This document shows, piece after piece, positions 1 through 9,710 of a stretch of 64,000 nt of DNA. Below the pieces are notes generated by a model, which was given only the letters and a program-made list of their open reading frames with translations, did not search any database and was not told the DNA's origin. The DNA lies in contig JAJPHT010000015.1 in assembly GCA_021325135.1 (NCBI GenBank), positions 128,001-192,000 of the forward strand. The letters are read 5' to 3'. Origin of the DNA: Pseudomonadota bacterium. Its GTDB lineage: Archaea > Thermoplasmatota > SW-10-69-26 > JACQPN01 > JAJPHT01. Numbering within the stretch: the stretch's first letter is position 1; each line of letters opens with the position of its first letter. Position numbers and translations under genes: made by a program.

Positions 1-1508
1 TCGCGCTGGGCCTGCGCCACCGCCGTCCGCTCCAGCGCGATGGGCCGCGACTCCTCGTCCAGGACCTCCACGAGCTCGACGATCCGCTGCCCCACGACGC
101 CCGCGGCCGGAGCGCCCAGGGCCTTGTGCGCGGCGCCGTTGGCGAAGAGGATGCGCCCCTCCTCGTCCAGGGCGAGGATCGAGTCCGCCGCCCCCGAGAG
201 GATGACGCCCAGCCAGTCGCGCGAGGCCCTCAGCTCGGCCTCGGCGCGGATGCCGTCGTCGGCGTCGATCATGACGCCCAGCCAGCGGCGCTCGCCCTGC
301 GTCTCGGGAACGGGGACGAAGCGGATCTCGTGCCAGCGGTGCGTGCCGTCGTTCGCGCAGCGCAGCCGGGCGCGCGCCTCCATGACGTCGCCCGCCGCGA
401 GCGCCTCCGTCCAGCGGTCCAGGAGCCGGTCGCGGTCGCGCGGGTGGACCGCCTCCAGCCACGACCAGCCCAGCGACTCCTCGGGGGAGAGGCCCGTCGT
501 CGCGCCCCAGCGCGGGCCGAGGTAGACCATGCGCCCCTCGCCGTCGGCCGCGGCCACGATGAGCGGCATGGACTCGGCGAGGATGCGCGCCTCGGAGATG
601 GAGCGGGCGCGGCCCGCGTCGGGGGAGTCGCGTCCGATCTTGCGCGCCGTCGCCGAGGCGCCCACGAGGCGCCCCTCGCCGTCGCGGATGGGCGACACGG
701 TGAGGCTGACGTCCAGGACGCGCCCGTCCTTGGTGATGCGCTTGGTGGTCATGTGGTGGATGGCCTCGCCGCGGCGCAGGGCGGCCATGATGCTGCTAAT
801 CTCGCCCGCGCGCTCGGGTGGCTCCAGGAGGGAGACGTGCCGGCCAATGACCTCCTCGGCCGTGTAGCCGTACATGCGCTCGGCGGCGGCGTTCCAGCTC
901 ACGACGATGCCGTCCAGCGTCTTGCCCAGGATGGCATCGTCGGAGGACTGCACGATGGCCGCGAGCCACGCGCGCGTCGTCTCCGCGCGCTGGCGGTCGC
1001 GCGCGTCCGCGAACGTGAGCACGGCGCCGCGGGGCTCGTCGTCCCGCAGGATGGGCGCCACGTTCCATTCCACCGCGATGGTGCCCCCCTCGCCGCGGCG
1101 GAAGGAGTCCTCGCGCTCGCGCGCCGCGTCGCCGGCGAGCGCGCGCTCCAGCGGGCAGGAGCCGGAACCCGCGTGCGCGCCGTGGACGAGCTCGTGGAGG
1201 TCGGAGCCGACGATCTCGGCGGCGGGGCGCTGGAGGAGGCGCGACGCGGCGGGGTTGGCGAAGGTGGCCCGGCCGCGGGCGTCGACCGCGCAGACCCCTT
1301 CGCCCAGCGCCCCGAAGACGGCGGAGGACTGCGCGATCCGGTTGAGCGCCTCGGTGGCGAGGACGTTCGCCAGGTAGGGGTCGTGCCCCCGGGAGGCCCC
1401 GGCCAGCGCCGCGATGACCTCCGCGTCGCTGAGGGTCCGCATCGCCAGGACGGGGTCCTCCGCGCTGGCGACGCGGTCGTAGTACGACGAGAAACGCAGA
1501 TCGCCCAA
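1..1508 (-). CDS. Multi-PAS-domain sensor protein (runs off the left edge)
   Basis: Not in the ORF track because it is truncated. Manual translation from TTG 1508 gives MGDLRFSSYYDRVASAEDP...GEGVCAVDARGRATFANPAA, and later SSDDAILGKTLDGIVVSWNAAAERMYGYTAEEVIG, which are PAS repeats. Confidence 0.85.
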   Translation of the reverse strand, partial: MGDLRFSSYYDRVASAEDPVLAMRTLSDAEVIAALAGASRGHDPYLANVLATEALNRIAQSSAVFGALGEGVCAVDARGRATFANPAASRLLQRPAAEIVGSDLHELVHGAHAGSGSCPLERALAGDAAREREDSFRRGEGGTIAVEWNVAPILRDDEPRGAVLTFADARDRQRAETTRAWLAAIVQSSDDAILGKTLDGIVVSWNAAAERMYGYTAEEVIGRHVSLLEPPERAGEISSIMAALRRGEAIHHMTTKRITKDGRVLDVSLTVSPIRDGEGRLVGASATARKIGRDSPDAGRARSISEARILAESMPLIVAAADGEGRMVYLGPRWGATTGLSPEESLGWSWLEAVHPRDRDRLLDRWTEALAAGDVMEARARLRCANDGTHRWHEIRFVPVPETQGERRWLGVMIDADDGIRAEAELRASRDWLGVILSGAADSILALDEEGRILFANGAAHKALGAPAAGVVGQRIVELVEVLDEESRPIALERTAVAQAQR

Positions 1509-1580
1509 GCTAGGTCCTTTGCGGTCGCATGGTGCTTAGCGTTGGCCGCAAGCAGCCGCCTCCTGGGGGAGGGGAGCAAC

Positions 1581-1610
1581 CTTTAAGCCAATGTAATACA
1601 GACGTAATAC
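1581..1610 (+). promoter_or_regulatory. TATA-like box (CTTTAAG) followed by a GTAATAC direct repeat, putative RHH operator
   Basis: TTTAAG lies about 30 nt before ATG 1613. GTAATAC occurs at 1593-1599 and 1604-1610. Confidence 0.5.
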
Positions 1611-1612
1611 CG

Positions 1613-1870
1613 ATGACCGACGCGGAGGAGATGGTCGCCTTCCGGCTCCCGGCCCGCGACCGGGCCGCCATCCAGCGGCTCGTGGACGAAGGGCATTTCC
1701 ACAACCGGAGCGACTTCCTGCGCTACGCCATCAAGAGCACGCTGCGCGAGTACGCAGCGCCCGCGCCCCGCGCGCCCGCGCTGCCCGACCTCGAAGGCGT
1801 GAGTCTTCCCGAACCCGCGCCGGCGCGCCGCCCTGCGGCGCCTCGCGCCCGGAAGGGGGTGAACCTGTGA
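1613..1870 (+). CDS. Ribbon-helix-helix (CopG/Arc, CdrS-like) transcription regulator
   Basis: MVAFRLPARDRAAIQRLVDEGHFHNRSDFLRYAIKSTL matches the RHH pattern, followed by a Pro/Ala tail. Confidence 0.85.
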   Translation: MTDAEEMVAFRLPARDRAAIQRLVDEGHFHNRSDFLRYAIKSTLREYAAPAPRAPALPDLEGVSLPEPAPARRPAAPRARKGVNL

Positions 1871-2049
1871 CCCAAAGGAAACTCAAGAAGAAGGCCAAGC
1901 AGGAGAAGGGCGCCGAGGTCAAGCTCGACTTGGGCGACACGTTCGAGATCGCCGAGGCCAAGGACAAGGACTTCGACCTCGACCTGGACGCCGCCAAGTT
2001 CCAGGGCAAGAAGGGCCAGGCCGGCACCAGGACAAAGGCCGTCGCCTGA
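1867..2049 (+). CDS. Small charged hypothetical protein (60 aa)
   Basis: GTGA overlap with the RHH stop and host-like codon usage. Confidence 0.7.
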   Translation: MTQRKLKKKAKQEKGAEVKLDLGDTFEIAEAKDKDFDLDLDAAKFQGKKGQAGTRTKAVA

Positions 2050-2172
2050 TAGCATCTTTCCGGGCCGGGGTCCCCGGCCCGCCTTCCTCTTCTCGGCCAC
2101 CCGCGAGGCGCGGCCCCAGGCGATGGGGATTGCTTTAAGGCTCAGAGAATGGCTTTCGCCCATGGTCGCGCC

Positions 2173-4089
2173 ATGAAGATCTACTCCGGTGGCCCGCTCG
2201 ACGTCCCCAACGAGACGATGGCCCAGATGTTCCACCGCACCGCGCGCAACCACGCGGAGAAGGTGGGCTTCCGCGCCCGGCCCGCGAAGGGGCAGCCCTT
2301 CCAGGACCGCACCTGGCGGGAGACGGAGGCGTTGAGCGACGAGATCGGCAACGCCCTTCTCTCCCTGGGCGTGGCGCCCGGCGAGCGCATCGCGCTCCTG
2401 GCGGAGACGGGCGAGTGGTGGGCGCTCACGGACTTCGCGATCCTCTCCGCGGGCGGCGTCACCGTCACGGTCTACCCCACGCTCACCGCCGAGCAGGTGG
2501 GCTATCTCCTCACCGACTCGGGCGCGACGACGATCTTCGTGGACTCCCAGGCGCAGCTGGACAAGGTCGCGCAGGTCCACGCCAAGGTGCCCAAGCTGCG
2601 CCGCGTCGTCACGTTCGCGACGTGCAACGTGCCCGCGGACCTGGCCAAGGCCACCACCACGCTCGCGCAGTTCCGCGAGGAGGGGCGCGCCTTCGCCAGC
2701 GCGAACCCGGGCAAGCTCGCCGAGCGGATCGCCAAGGGCAAGCCCGAGGAGGTCGCGACCCTCGTCTACACCTCCGGCACGACGGGCGTCCCCAAGGGGG
2801 CCGTGCTCACGCACCGCAACTTCGTCTCCGCCACGCGCGCCGCGCGCAAGCTGCTGGACCTGGACGCGCTCTACGCCAAGCACCCGGGCGCCAACACCAC
2901 CGTGTTCCTCCCCATGGCGCACTGCTACGGGCGCATCCACTGCATGATGGGCGTCGACATGGGCGTCCCCATCGCGTTCAGCGCGCCCGCCACGCTGGTG
3001 GAGGACTTCAAGGCGACCCGGCCCTTCATGGTCGCCAGCGTTCCGCGTCTCTACGAGCGCATGTACGCGCAGATCCTGAAGAACGTGGAGGAGGGCAGCG
3101 GCGCCAAGAAGCGCATCTTCTACATGGCCGCCGACACGGCGCGCGAGTACGGGCACGCGGTGAGCAACGGCGGCTCGGCGGGCTTCGGCCTGCGCGTGCG
3201 GCACGCCCTCTTCGATCGCCTCGTCTACTCCAAGCTGCGCGAGGCGCTGGGCATGACGTACATGGAGGCGTGCACCACGGGCGCCGCCGCCATCCGCCCG
3301 GACCTCCTCTACTTCTTCCAGGGCGTGGGCATCCCCATCCTCGAAGGGTACGGCCTCACGGAGACCTCCGCGCCCAGCAACGTGAACCCGCCGCACAAGT
3401 TCAAGCCCGGCACCGTGGGCCCGCCCTTCCCCGGCATGGAGATGCGCCTTGCGGACGACGGGGAGATCCTCATGCGGGGCCCCAACGTGTTCCAGGGCTA
3501 CTACAACCTGCCCAAGGAGACCGCGGAGGCGTTCACGCCCGACGGCTGGTTCAAGACGGGCGACATCGGCCGCTTCGACGAGGACGGCTACCTCTCCATC
3601 GTGGACCGCAAGAAGGAGCTGGAGGTCCTCAACACGGGCAAGAAGATCGCGCCCGTCATGGTGGAGGAGAAGCTCAAGCTCAGCCCCCTCGTGGGCGAGG
3701 CGCTCCTCGTGGCCACGGACCGCAAGTTCGCCGCCTGCCTCATCCAGCCCAACTTCGACTCCCTGGTGGCGTGGGCCGCCAAGGAGGGCATCCCCTTCGA
3801 CCGCAGCAAGGTCGTGGTGAAGCCCGACCCCACCGGCCAGCCCATGACGTACAGCGTCGGGCGCGACCTCCTGGACGAGCCGCGCGTCAAGGCGCTCTAC
3901 CAGGGCGTCGTGGACGAGACGAACAAGTCCCTGGCGGACTTCGAGCAGGTGCGCTCCTTCGCCCTGGCCGACAACGTCTGGTCCATGGACCGCGACGAGA
4001 TGACCATGACGCTCAAGAAGAAGCGCCGCGTGATCTCCAAGAACTACGCCCCCCTCATCGAGGGGATGTTCGCGGGGCCCGGGGCCTAG
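2173..4089 (+). CDS. Long-chain fatty-acid--CoA ligase (FadD15/ACSL type)
   Basis: Motifs YTSGTTGVPKG, EGYGLTETS and GWFKTGDIG, plus DRKKEL. Confidence 0.93.
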   Translation: MKIYSGGPLDVPNETMAQMFHRTARNHAEKVGFRARPAKGQPFQDRTWRETEALSDEIGNALLSLGVAPGERIALLAETGEWWALTDFAILSAGGVTVTVYPTLTAEQVGYLLTDSGATTIFVDSQAQLDKVAQVHAKVPKLRRVVTFATCNVPADLAKATTTLAQFREEGRAFASANPGKLAERIAKGKPEEVATLVYTSGTTGVPKGAVLTHRNFVSATRAARKLLDLDALYAKHPGANTTVFLPMAHCYGRIHCMMGVDMGVPIAFSAPATLVEDFKATRPFMVASVPRLYERMYAQILKNVEEGSGAKKRIFYMAADTAREYGHAVSNGGSAGFGLRVRHALFDRLVYSKLREALGMTYMEACTTGAAAIRPDLLYFFQGVGIPILEGYGLTETSAPSNVNPPHKFKPGTVGPPFPGMEMRLADDGEILMRGPNVFQGYYNLPKETAEAFTPDGWFKTGDIGRFDEDGYLSIVDRKKELEVLNTGKKIAPVMVEEKLKLSPLVGEALLVATDRKFAACLIQPNFDSLVAWAAKEGIPFDRSKVVVKPDPTGQPMTYSVGRDLLDEPRVKALYQGVVDETNKSLADFEQVRSFALADNVWSMDRDEMTMTLKKKRRVISKNYAPLIEGMFAGPGA

Positions 4090-4174
4090 GGTCGCCGCAG
4101 GCCGCCGCGTCTCTTGAACAAGCCCGCCAATAGGATCATATAGCCCCCGACCCACTCGCGCGCTGAGGCTTGTC

Positions 4175-5014
4175 ATGCGGAGCCAGGTCATGGTCTGGGC
4201 CATGTTGGCCGCCATCTCGATCCTGCCCGCCGTCCACGCGGCGGACCCCACGCAGGACCTGGAGGCCGTCGCCCGCGATCTTCCCGCGCAGACCCCTGCC
4301 CCCGTGCAGGAGGGCGTCGCCGCGGCCGAGAACGCGGCCAGCTCCGCCACCGGCGGGGCGGCCCCCGGGCTGCCCCCCGTGACCGAGCCCCTGCGCACCG
4401 TCGCGCCCACCATTCCCGTCTACGCCGTCGCCGGCCTCGCCCTCGCGGGCCTGGGCGCGCTGGCGGGCTCCCTCTTCATGGGCGGCGCGCGCTTCGTCAC
4501 GCCCGCGGAGGTGCTGGAGAACGACGTCCGCGCGGGCATCTACTCCTACCTCAAGCAGAGCGTCGGCGCGAACCTCAAGCAGGTCACCGACGAGCTCCAC
4601 CTCACCACGACCAACGCCATCTGGCACCTCCGCAAGCTGGAGGAGGCCGGGCTCATCCACTCCCGCCGCTTCAACGGCTACAAGGTGTTCTACCCCGCCG
4701 AGGGCGGCATCGAGGCGCGCCGGCTTTCGCTCGGGAAGACCGCGCTGGCCAACGCCAACGCGCAGGAGGTCTTCGAGCACGTGGTCGCCCACCCGGGCAC
4801 CCACCAGCGCGAGATCGCCCGCGCCCTGGGCGTGAACCACGGCACCGTGCGCTGGCACCTCAAGAAGCTCATGGACGCGGAGCTCATCGTCGAGACCCGC
4901 AAGGGCAAGGCCAGCGTCTACGAGCCCACCCCCATGGGCCTCCAGGCGCTCCGCCAGGTCCAGCAGGCCGCGGTGGCACCCGCCCCCGCCCTGGAAGCGG
5001 GCTTCGCCGCCTAA
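4175..5014 (+). CDS. Membrane-anchored double winged-HTH regulator with signal peptide (paralog 1)
   Basis: Signal peptide, Ala/Pro linker, TM helix, VLENDVRAGIY, then two wHTH units (WHLRKLEEAGLI; HQREIARALGVNHGTVRWHL). Confidence 0.85.
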   Translation: MRSQVMVWAMLAAISILPAVHAADPTQDLEAVARDLPAQTPAPVQEGVAAAENAASSATGGAAPGLPPVTEPLRTVAPTIPVYAVAGLALAGLGALAGSLFMGGARFVTPAEVLENDVRAGIYSYLKQSVGANLKQVTDELHLTTTNAIWHLRKLEEAGLIHSRRFNGYKVFYPAEGGIEARRLSLGKTALANANAQEVFEHVVAHPGTHQREIARALGVNHGTVRWHLKKLMDAELIVETRKGKASVYEPTPMGLQALRQVQQAAVAPAPALEAGFAA

Positions 5015-5079
5015 AGCGGCCCTGCGCCCCCCGACAACCCCATAAATAGGGGTTCCCCGCCAAGACGACCAGGAGCCCC

Positions 5080-5841
5080 ATGCGCCACGCCTGGCTCGTC
5101 GTCGCGATCCTGTCCATCACGCTTGCGCCCGCCGCGCTCGCCCAGCTCCCGGGGGCGCAGCCCTCGGCCTCGCCCGTCGCGGCGCCCAGCGTGCCCTCCT
5201 CGGGCGGGCTCTTCCCCAACGTCGACCTGAGCACGGGCGTCGTCATCGGCGCGGGCGTCACGCTGGCCATCGCGGCCGCGACGCTCTTCTTCCTGGGCGG
5301 CGCGAAGTTCGTCAACTCGGGCAACGTCCTGGAGAACGACGCGCGCCGGCAGATCTTCGAGCACATCCAGGCCCACCCGGGCATCCACCTGCGCGCCGCC
5401 GCGACGCAGCTGAGCCTCTCCACCACCAACGTCCTCTGGCACCTGCGCAAGCTGGAGGACGCGAACCTCATCACCTCCAAGAAGTTCGAGGGGTACAAGG
5501 TGTTCTACCCCGTCGAGGGCGGCGTCGAGACGAAGCGCAAGGCCATCGCGGCCTCGGTGCTGAAGAACGAGAACGCCGTCGCGATCCTGGAGTACGTCAC
5601 GGCGCACCCCAGCGCGCACCAGCGCGAGATCGCCCGCGCCCTGGGCGTGAACCACGGCACCGTGCGCTGGCACCTCCGCAAGCTGGAGGAGGCCGAGCTG
5701 ATCATGCCCATGAAGCGCGAGCACACGACGCACTACTACGTCTCCGAGCTTGGCCACGCCTCGCTCTCGGGCTTCGCGCAGGCGACGCCGCCCGCGCCCG
5801 CCTCGCCCCCGGCGGCCGAGATCCCCGGCGACGAGCCGTGA
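5080..5841 (+). CDS. Membrane-anchored double winged-HTH regulator with signal peptide (paralog 2)
   Basis: Same architecture: VLENDARRQIFEHIQAHPGIH and HQREIARALGVNHGTVRWHL. Confidence 0.85.
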   Translation: MRHAWLVVAILSITLAPAALAQLPGAQPSASPVAAPSVPSSGGLFPNVDLSTGVVIGAGVTLAIAAATLFFLGGAKFVNSGNVLENDARRQIFEHIQAHPGIHLRAAATQLSLSTTNVLWHLRKLEDANLITSKKFEGYKVFYPVEGGVETKRKAIAASVLKNENAVAILEYVTAHPSAHQREIARALGVNHGTVRWHLRKLEEAELIMPMKREHTTHYYVSELGHASLSGFAQATPPAPASPPAAEIPGDEP

Positions 5842-6048
5842 GCGACGAACGAGGACCGGGCCAGCGGGCGCGGACCCGTTCAAGCGCCCGTCTTCGGCGC
5901 GCGTGATATCTTTTCCAGCGCGCACCCCAAGGGCTGCGCGGGGCCCTTGCTGCGGTGAATAGGCTCTGCGTAGAGAGCTTTTTGCACCCTGAGACCTCGT
6001 GCCACGTTGGTCCGGCGCCTTCCCGGCGCTGGCCACGGAGGCAATCGC

Positions 6049-6354
6049 ATGAACAAGATGTACACGGTACTGCTGGGTCTCGCGGCCCTCGCGCTGCTGA
6101 CGCCGGCCCATGCCGACGAGATCTGCTACACCACCTCGCCCTCGACGGCGACGGTCACCGACGTCAACGGCGCCCTGGGCGGCGACGTCTACGTCGACAA
6201 CGACTTCTGCCAGCTGACGACGTGCCAGGGCGGATTCTCCATCTGGATCTACCAGGAGACCAACGGCATCCCCGGCCAGCAGCGCGGCGACGAGGTCGTC
6301 AACGACGTGGCGAACTGCACCGACGGCACCGTGCCGGACACGGACATCGAGTGA
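6049..6354 (+). CDS. Small secreted acidic Cys-containing protein
   Basis: GGAGG SD, signal peptide ending AHA-D, four Cys, motif WIYQETNGIPGQQRGD. Confidence 0.8.
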   Translation: MNKMYTVLLGLAALALLTPAHADEICYTTSPSTATVTDVNGALGGDVYVDNDFCQLTTCQGGFSIWIYQETNGIPGQQRGDEVVNDVANCTDGTVPDTDIE

Positions 6355-6363
6355 ACCTTGGCC

Positions 6364-6400
6364 GGGGGTCCCCGCCGGGGGCCCCCACCCTGGCTTCTTT
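6364..6400 (+). terminator. GC hairpin with pyrimidine tail, putative terminator
   Basis: GGGGGTCCCC..GGGGGCCCCC hairpin followed by CTTCTTTCC. Confidence 0.45.
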
Positions 6401-6451
6401 CCTCTCGCGAAAACCGTTATGACAGGGTGCCCTCATGGGCGGCTGACCCCC

Positions 6452-7060
6452 ATGCGGATGGCTGGCCCTGACGTCGTGCTCTTCATCGTGGGCGCCCTGC
6501 TTTTCGGCGGCGCCTTGACCGCCATCATCGTGACCCAGGGGCCTGGCGCCTTCACGGGCACCGCCGGCTCGCCCAGCGGGCTCTACTCGGTGACGTGGAC
6601 GACGGCCAGCGGCACCCCGAAGAGCCTCCAGGTCTCCGACTTCACCGGCGGCAGCGTGAAGGGCTCGGTCAACGGCACCAACGTGGACAAGGTCACCGTG
6701 AGCGTGACGTGCTCCGACCCCGCCTCCGCGGCGGTGCCCTTCGCCATCTCCGTGAACGTGGACGGCCCCAACAACCTCAAGGGCAAGGGGAGCGGCAACT
6801 GCGGCGACAAGATCGAGGTCGTCGTCAAGGTGCAGGACGTCCCCGGCCCCACCTCCGCCTCGGGCAGCACGCCCGAGGCCGCGGCGTCGAGCCTCCCGGC
6901 GAACCCCAACGCCACCGCGGGTGTGGGCGACTGGACGATCACCTTCAGCGGCTCGCGCGGCCCCACGGGCGCGCTGCCCGTCCCTGCCCCCGGCCCCAGC
7001 GGCACCATCTCGCTCGTGGCCGAGACCTTCTCGCCCAAGCTCGACCCCGTCGCCAAGTGA
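6452..7060 (+). CDS. Membrane-anchored extracellular beta-rich protein
   Basis: N-terminal TM helix, then a Ser/Thr/Gly-rich domain with a Cys pair. Confidence 0.75.
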   Translation: MRMAGPDVVLFIVGALLFGGALTAIIVTQGPGAFTGTAGSPSGLYSVTWTTASGTPKSLQVSDFTGGSVKGSVNGTNVDKVTVSVTCSDPASAAVPFAISVNVDGPNNLKGKGSGNCGDKIEVVVKVQDVPGPTSASGSTPEAAASSLPANPNATAGVGDWTITFSGSRGPTGALPVPAPGPSGTISLVAETFSPKLDPVAK

Positions 7061-7077
7061 GGACGTGAGGCGATCCC

Positions 7078-8652
7078 ATGAGCTTCCTGAAGCGAGCCCT
7101 GTCGCGCTACGGCATGAAGAAGGCCCCCGAGGACGTCATCGCCCAGGCGAACGACCCTTCCAAGTCGCTCAAGAAGAGCCTGGGCGCCCTGGACCTCACG
7201 CTCCTGGGCGTCGGCGCCATCATCGGCGCGGGCATCTTCGTCTACGCGGGCCTGGGCGCCCAGATCGCGGGCCCCCACATCATCTGGTCCTTCGTCCTCG
7301 TGGGCGCCATCTGCGGCCTCGCCGGCCTGGCCTACGCCGAGCTGGCCTCCTCCATCCCCACCAGCGGCAGCGCCTACGGCTACACGTACAGCGCGCTGGG
7401 CGAGACGCTGGCGTGGATCCTGGGCTGGGCGCTGGTCCTGGAGTACGCCGTCGGCGCGGCCGCCGTCGCCATCTCGTGGAGCAACAACTTCGTCGCGCTC
7501 TGGCGCGGCGTCACGCACACCGAGCTTCCCGTGTGGGCCACCAACTCCTACTTCAGCGGCGTGCCCGGCGGCGTCGTCAACCTGCCCGCGCTCCTCCTTG
7601 CGCTCCTCGTCACGACGATCCTCGTGGTGGGCGCCAAGCAGGCCGCGCGCTTCACCGGCGTCTTCGTCGCCGCGAAGATCGCGATCCTCGCCATCGTCAT
7701 CGGCCTGGGCGTCTTCTTCATCCACGGCGCGAACCTCTCGCTGGCCCCGCCCCCGTCGCCCTCCGGCGCGTGGTACGCGGCGCTGGGCGCCGTGGGCCCC
7801 GTCCTCGCGGGCGGCGCTATCATCTTCTTCGCCTACATCGGCTTCGACGCCGTCAGCACCACGGCGGAGGAGACGAAGAACCCCAAGCGCGACCTGCCCA
7901 TCGGCATCCTGGGCTCGCTGGCCATCTGCACCGTGCTCTACATCCTCGCGAGCCTCGTGCTCCTGGGCATGATCCCGTACACGGACCTCTCGCCGGGCAA
8001 CGGCGTCAGCGTCGCGGACGCCTCGCGCCACCTGGGCGAGCCCTTCGGCTGGGCGTTCGAGAAGAACGGCATCCTGTGGGCCGCGAACCTGGTGCGCCTG
8101 GGCGCCGTCATCGGCGTCGCCAGCGTCGAGATGGTCCTCCTCATGGGCGGCCCGCGCGTCTTCTTCGCCCTCGCGCGCGACGGCCTGCTCCCCAAGAGCT
8201 GGAGCGCCGTCCACCCCAGGTTCGGCACGCCGTCGCGCACGACCATCGGCACCGGCATCGCGGTCGCCCTCGTCGCGGGCTTCGGCACGCTGGGCATCGC
8301 GGGCCAGATCACCAACATCGGCACCCTCTTCGCGTTCGTCCTCGTGTGCATCGGCGTCATCGTGCTTCGCTACACGAAGCCCGAGATGCGCAGGCCGTTC
8401 AAGGTGCCGCTCAACATCGGGCGCTTCCCGATCCTCGCCGCGCTGGGCGCCGTCATGTGCCTCGCGCTGGCGTTCAGCCTGGCGCCCATCACGATCCTGG
8501 CGTTCTTCGCCTGGATGGGCCTGGGCCTCGTGATCTACGCGCTCTACGGCATCCGCAAGAGCCATCTCTTCGGCCACGTCGGGCGCGAGCCGGAGGCGCT
8601 CAAGCCCGTGGACGTCGACGTGGTCCTTGAGGAAGTGCCGCCCAGCGGCTAG
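7078..8652 (+). CDS. APC-family amino acid permease
   Basis: Motifs GVGAIIGAGIF, YAELASSIPTSGSAY and FFAYIGFDAVSTTAEETKNPKRD; multiple TM helices. Confidence 0.95.
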   Translation: MSFLKRALSRYGMKKAPEDVIAQANDPSKSLKKSLGALDLTLLGVGAIIGAGIFVYAGLGAQIAGPHIIWSFVLVGAICGLAGLAYAELASSIPTSGSAYGYTYSALGETLAWILGWALVLEYAVGAAAVAISWSNNFVALWRGVTHTELPVWATNSYFSGVPGGVVNLPALLLALLVTTILVVGAKQAARFTGVFVAAKIAILAIVIGLGVFFIHGANLSLAPPPSPSGAWYAALGAVGPVLAGGAIIFFAYIGFDAVSTTAEETKNPKRDLPIGILGSLAICTVLYILASLVLLGMIPYTDLSPGNGVSVADASRHLGEPFGWAFEKNGILWAANLVRLGAVIGVASVEMVLLMGGPRVFFALARDGLLPKSWSAVHPRFGTPSRTTIGTGIAVALVAGFGTLGIAGQITNIGTLFAFVLVCIGVIVLRYTKPEMRRPFKVPLNIGRFPILAALGAVMCLALAFSLAPITILAFFAWMGLGLVIYALYGIRKSHLFGHVGREPEALKPVDVDVVLEEVPPSG

Positions 8653-8963
8653 CCCGCGCGCTGCGCCTTGAGGTCGGCCACGAGCGCCTCCAGCGCGCGC
8701 ACGTAGGCGTCGAACGCCTCGCGCCCGCGCGGCGTCATGGCGACGAGCCGGCCGCGCCGCAGGGAGAGGATGGCGTCGCGCTGCTCGACGTAGCCCGCCC
8801 TCTCCAGCGCCTCCAGGTGCCCCGCGAGGTTGCCCGGCGTGAGGCCGGTCGCGTCGCGCAGGGCGGCGAAGCGCATGCGCTCCACGGCCACGAGCCGGCT
8901 CGCGATGGCGATGCGCGCCGGCGCGTGGAGCGCCGGATCGAGCCCGCTCCAGGCGGCTTTCAT
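8649..8963 (-). CDS. Winged-HTH regulator (HTH_34, MarR/ArsR-like)
   Basis: LDPALHAPARIAI...FAALRDATGLTPGNLAGHLEALERAGYV...TPRGREAF. Confidence 0.88.
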   Translation of the reverse strand: MKAAWSGLDPALHAPARIAIASRLVAVERMRFAALRDATGLTPGNLAGHLEALERAGYVEQRDAILSLRRGRLVAMTPRGREAFDAYVRALEALVADLKAQRAG

Positions 8964-9568
8964 GCCGGGCTCCGCGCGCGGCGCCGGCCTGTGAGCGCCA
9001 TGGCGAGGCCGAAGGCGAGGAGGGCCGCGACGACGGGCCAGGAGGAGCCGCGCACGAATGCCAGCATGATCGCGACGGCGCCCAGCGCGAGGGCGAGGCC
9101 GGCGTGCGCGGCGTCGCGCGAGCGCGCGGCCTGGAGCGCCAGCAGGAGCGCGCCGCCGCCCAGCGCGAGGGAGGTGACGAGGTCGGGCCGCGAGGCCTCC
9201 ACGGCCACCGCCACGGAGACGACCGTCAGGAGGACCACGCTCCAGCGGGCCCCCGCGGGGACGCCCCAGAGCGCGTCGGGCTCGACGCCAAGCCTCCGGA
9301 AGAGGCGGCGCCGCTGCCAGAGGGCGACGCCCAGCACCAGCAGCGCCCCCGCGACCATGAGCCCCAGGCGCAGCCCGCCCAGCCCGCGGCCGCGCCAGAG
9401 GGGCTCGAAGGAGAAGGGCGCGAAGAGCGCGCCCAGCGCGAAGACCGTCGCGCCCACCACCTTGTAGTACGCGCCGATGCGCCGCTCGCGCTCGCGCGCC
9501 TGCCACGCACGGCCTTCGTCCAGCGCCTCGCGCGCCGCCTGCACGTCGGGGGGAAGGGGATCTCCCAT
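8960..9568 (-). CDS. Membrane protein coupled to the wHTH gene
   Basis: About 6 hydrophobic segments; ATGA overlap with the regulator. Confidence 0.75.
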   Translation of the reverse strand: MGDPLPPDVQAAREALDEGRAWQARERERRIGAYYKVVGATVFALGALFAPFSFEPLWRGRGLGGLRLGLMVAGALLVLGVALWQRRRLFRRLGVEPDALWGVPAGARWSVVLLTVVSVAVAVEASRPDLVTSLALGGGALLLALQAARSRDAAHAGLALALGAVAIMLAFVRGSSWPVVAALLAFGLAMALTGRRRARSPA

Positions 9569-9710
9569 GGGCGCCCCCAACGCCTCCCGGGGTGATGAAG
9601 GGGCGACGAAGTTTCCTCGGCAAACTCCCCGAGGCCTAGAACGCCTCGCGCCCAAGCTGAGAAGCCGTGTTCAACAAGCAGCAACTAGGGGACCCCAGGA
9701 GGGCCGTCTC

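Noticed and set aside
9592-9660. Possible C/D box sRNA (GTGATGA...CTGA)
   Set aside because: No clear C'/D' boxes, and the reverse complement CTTCAT fits the TATA position of the minus-strand gene starting at 9568.
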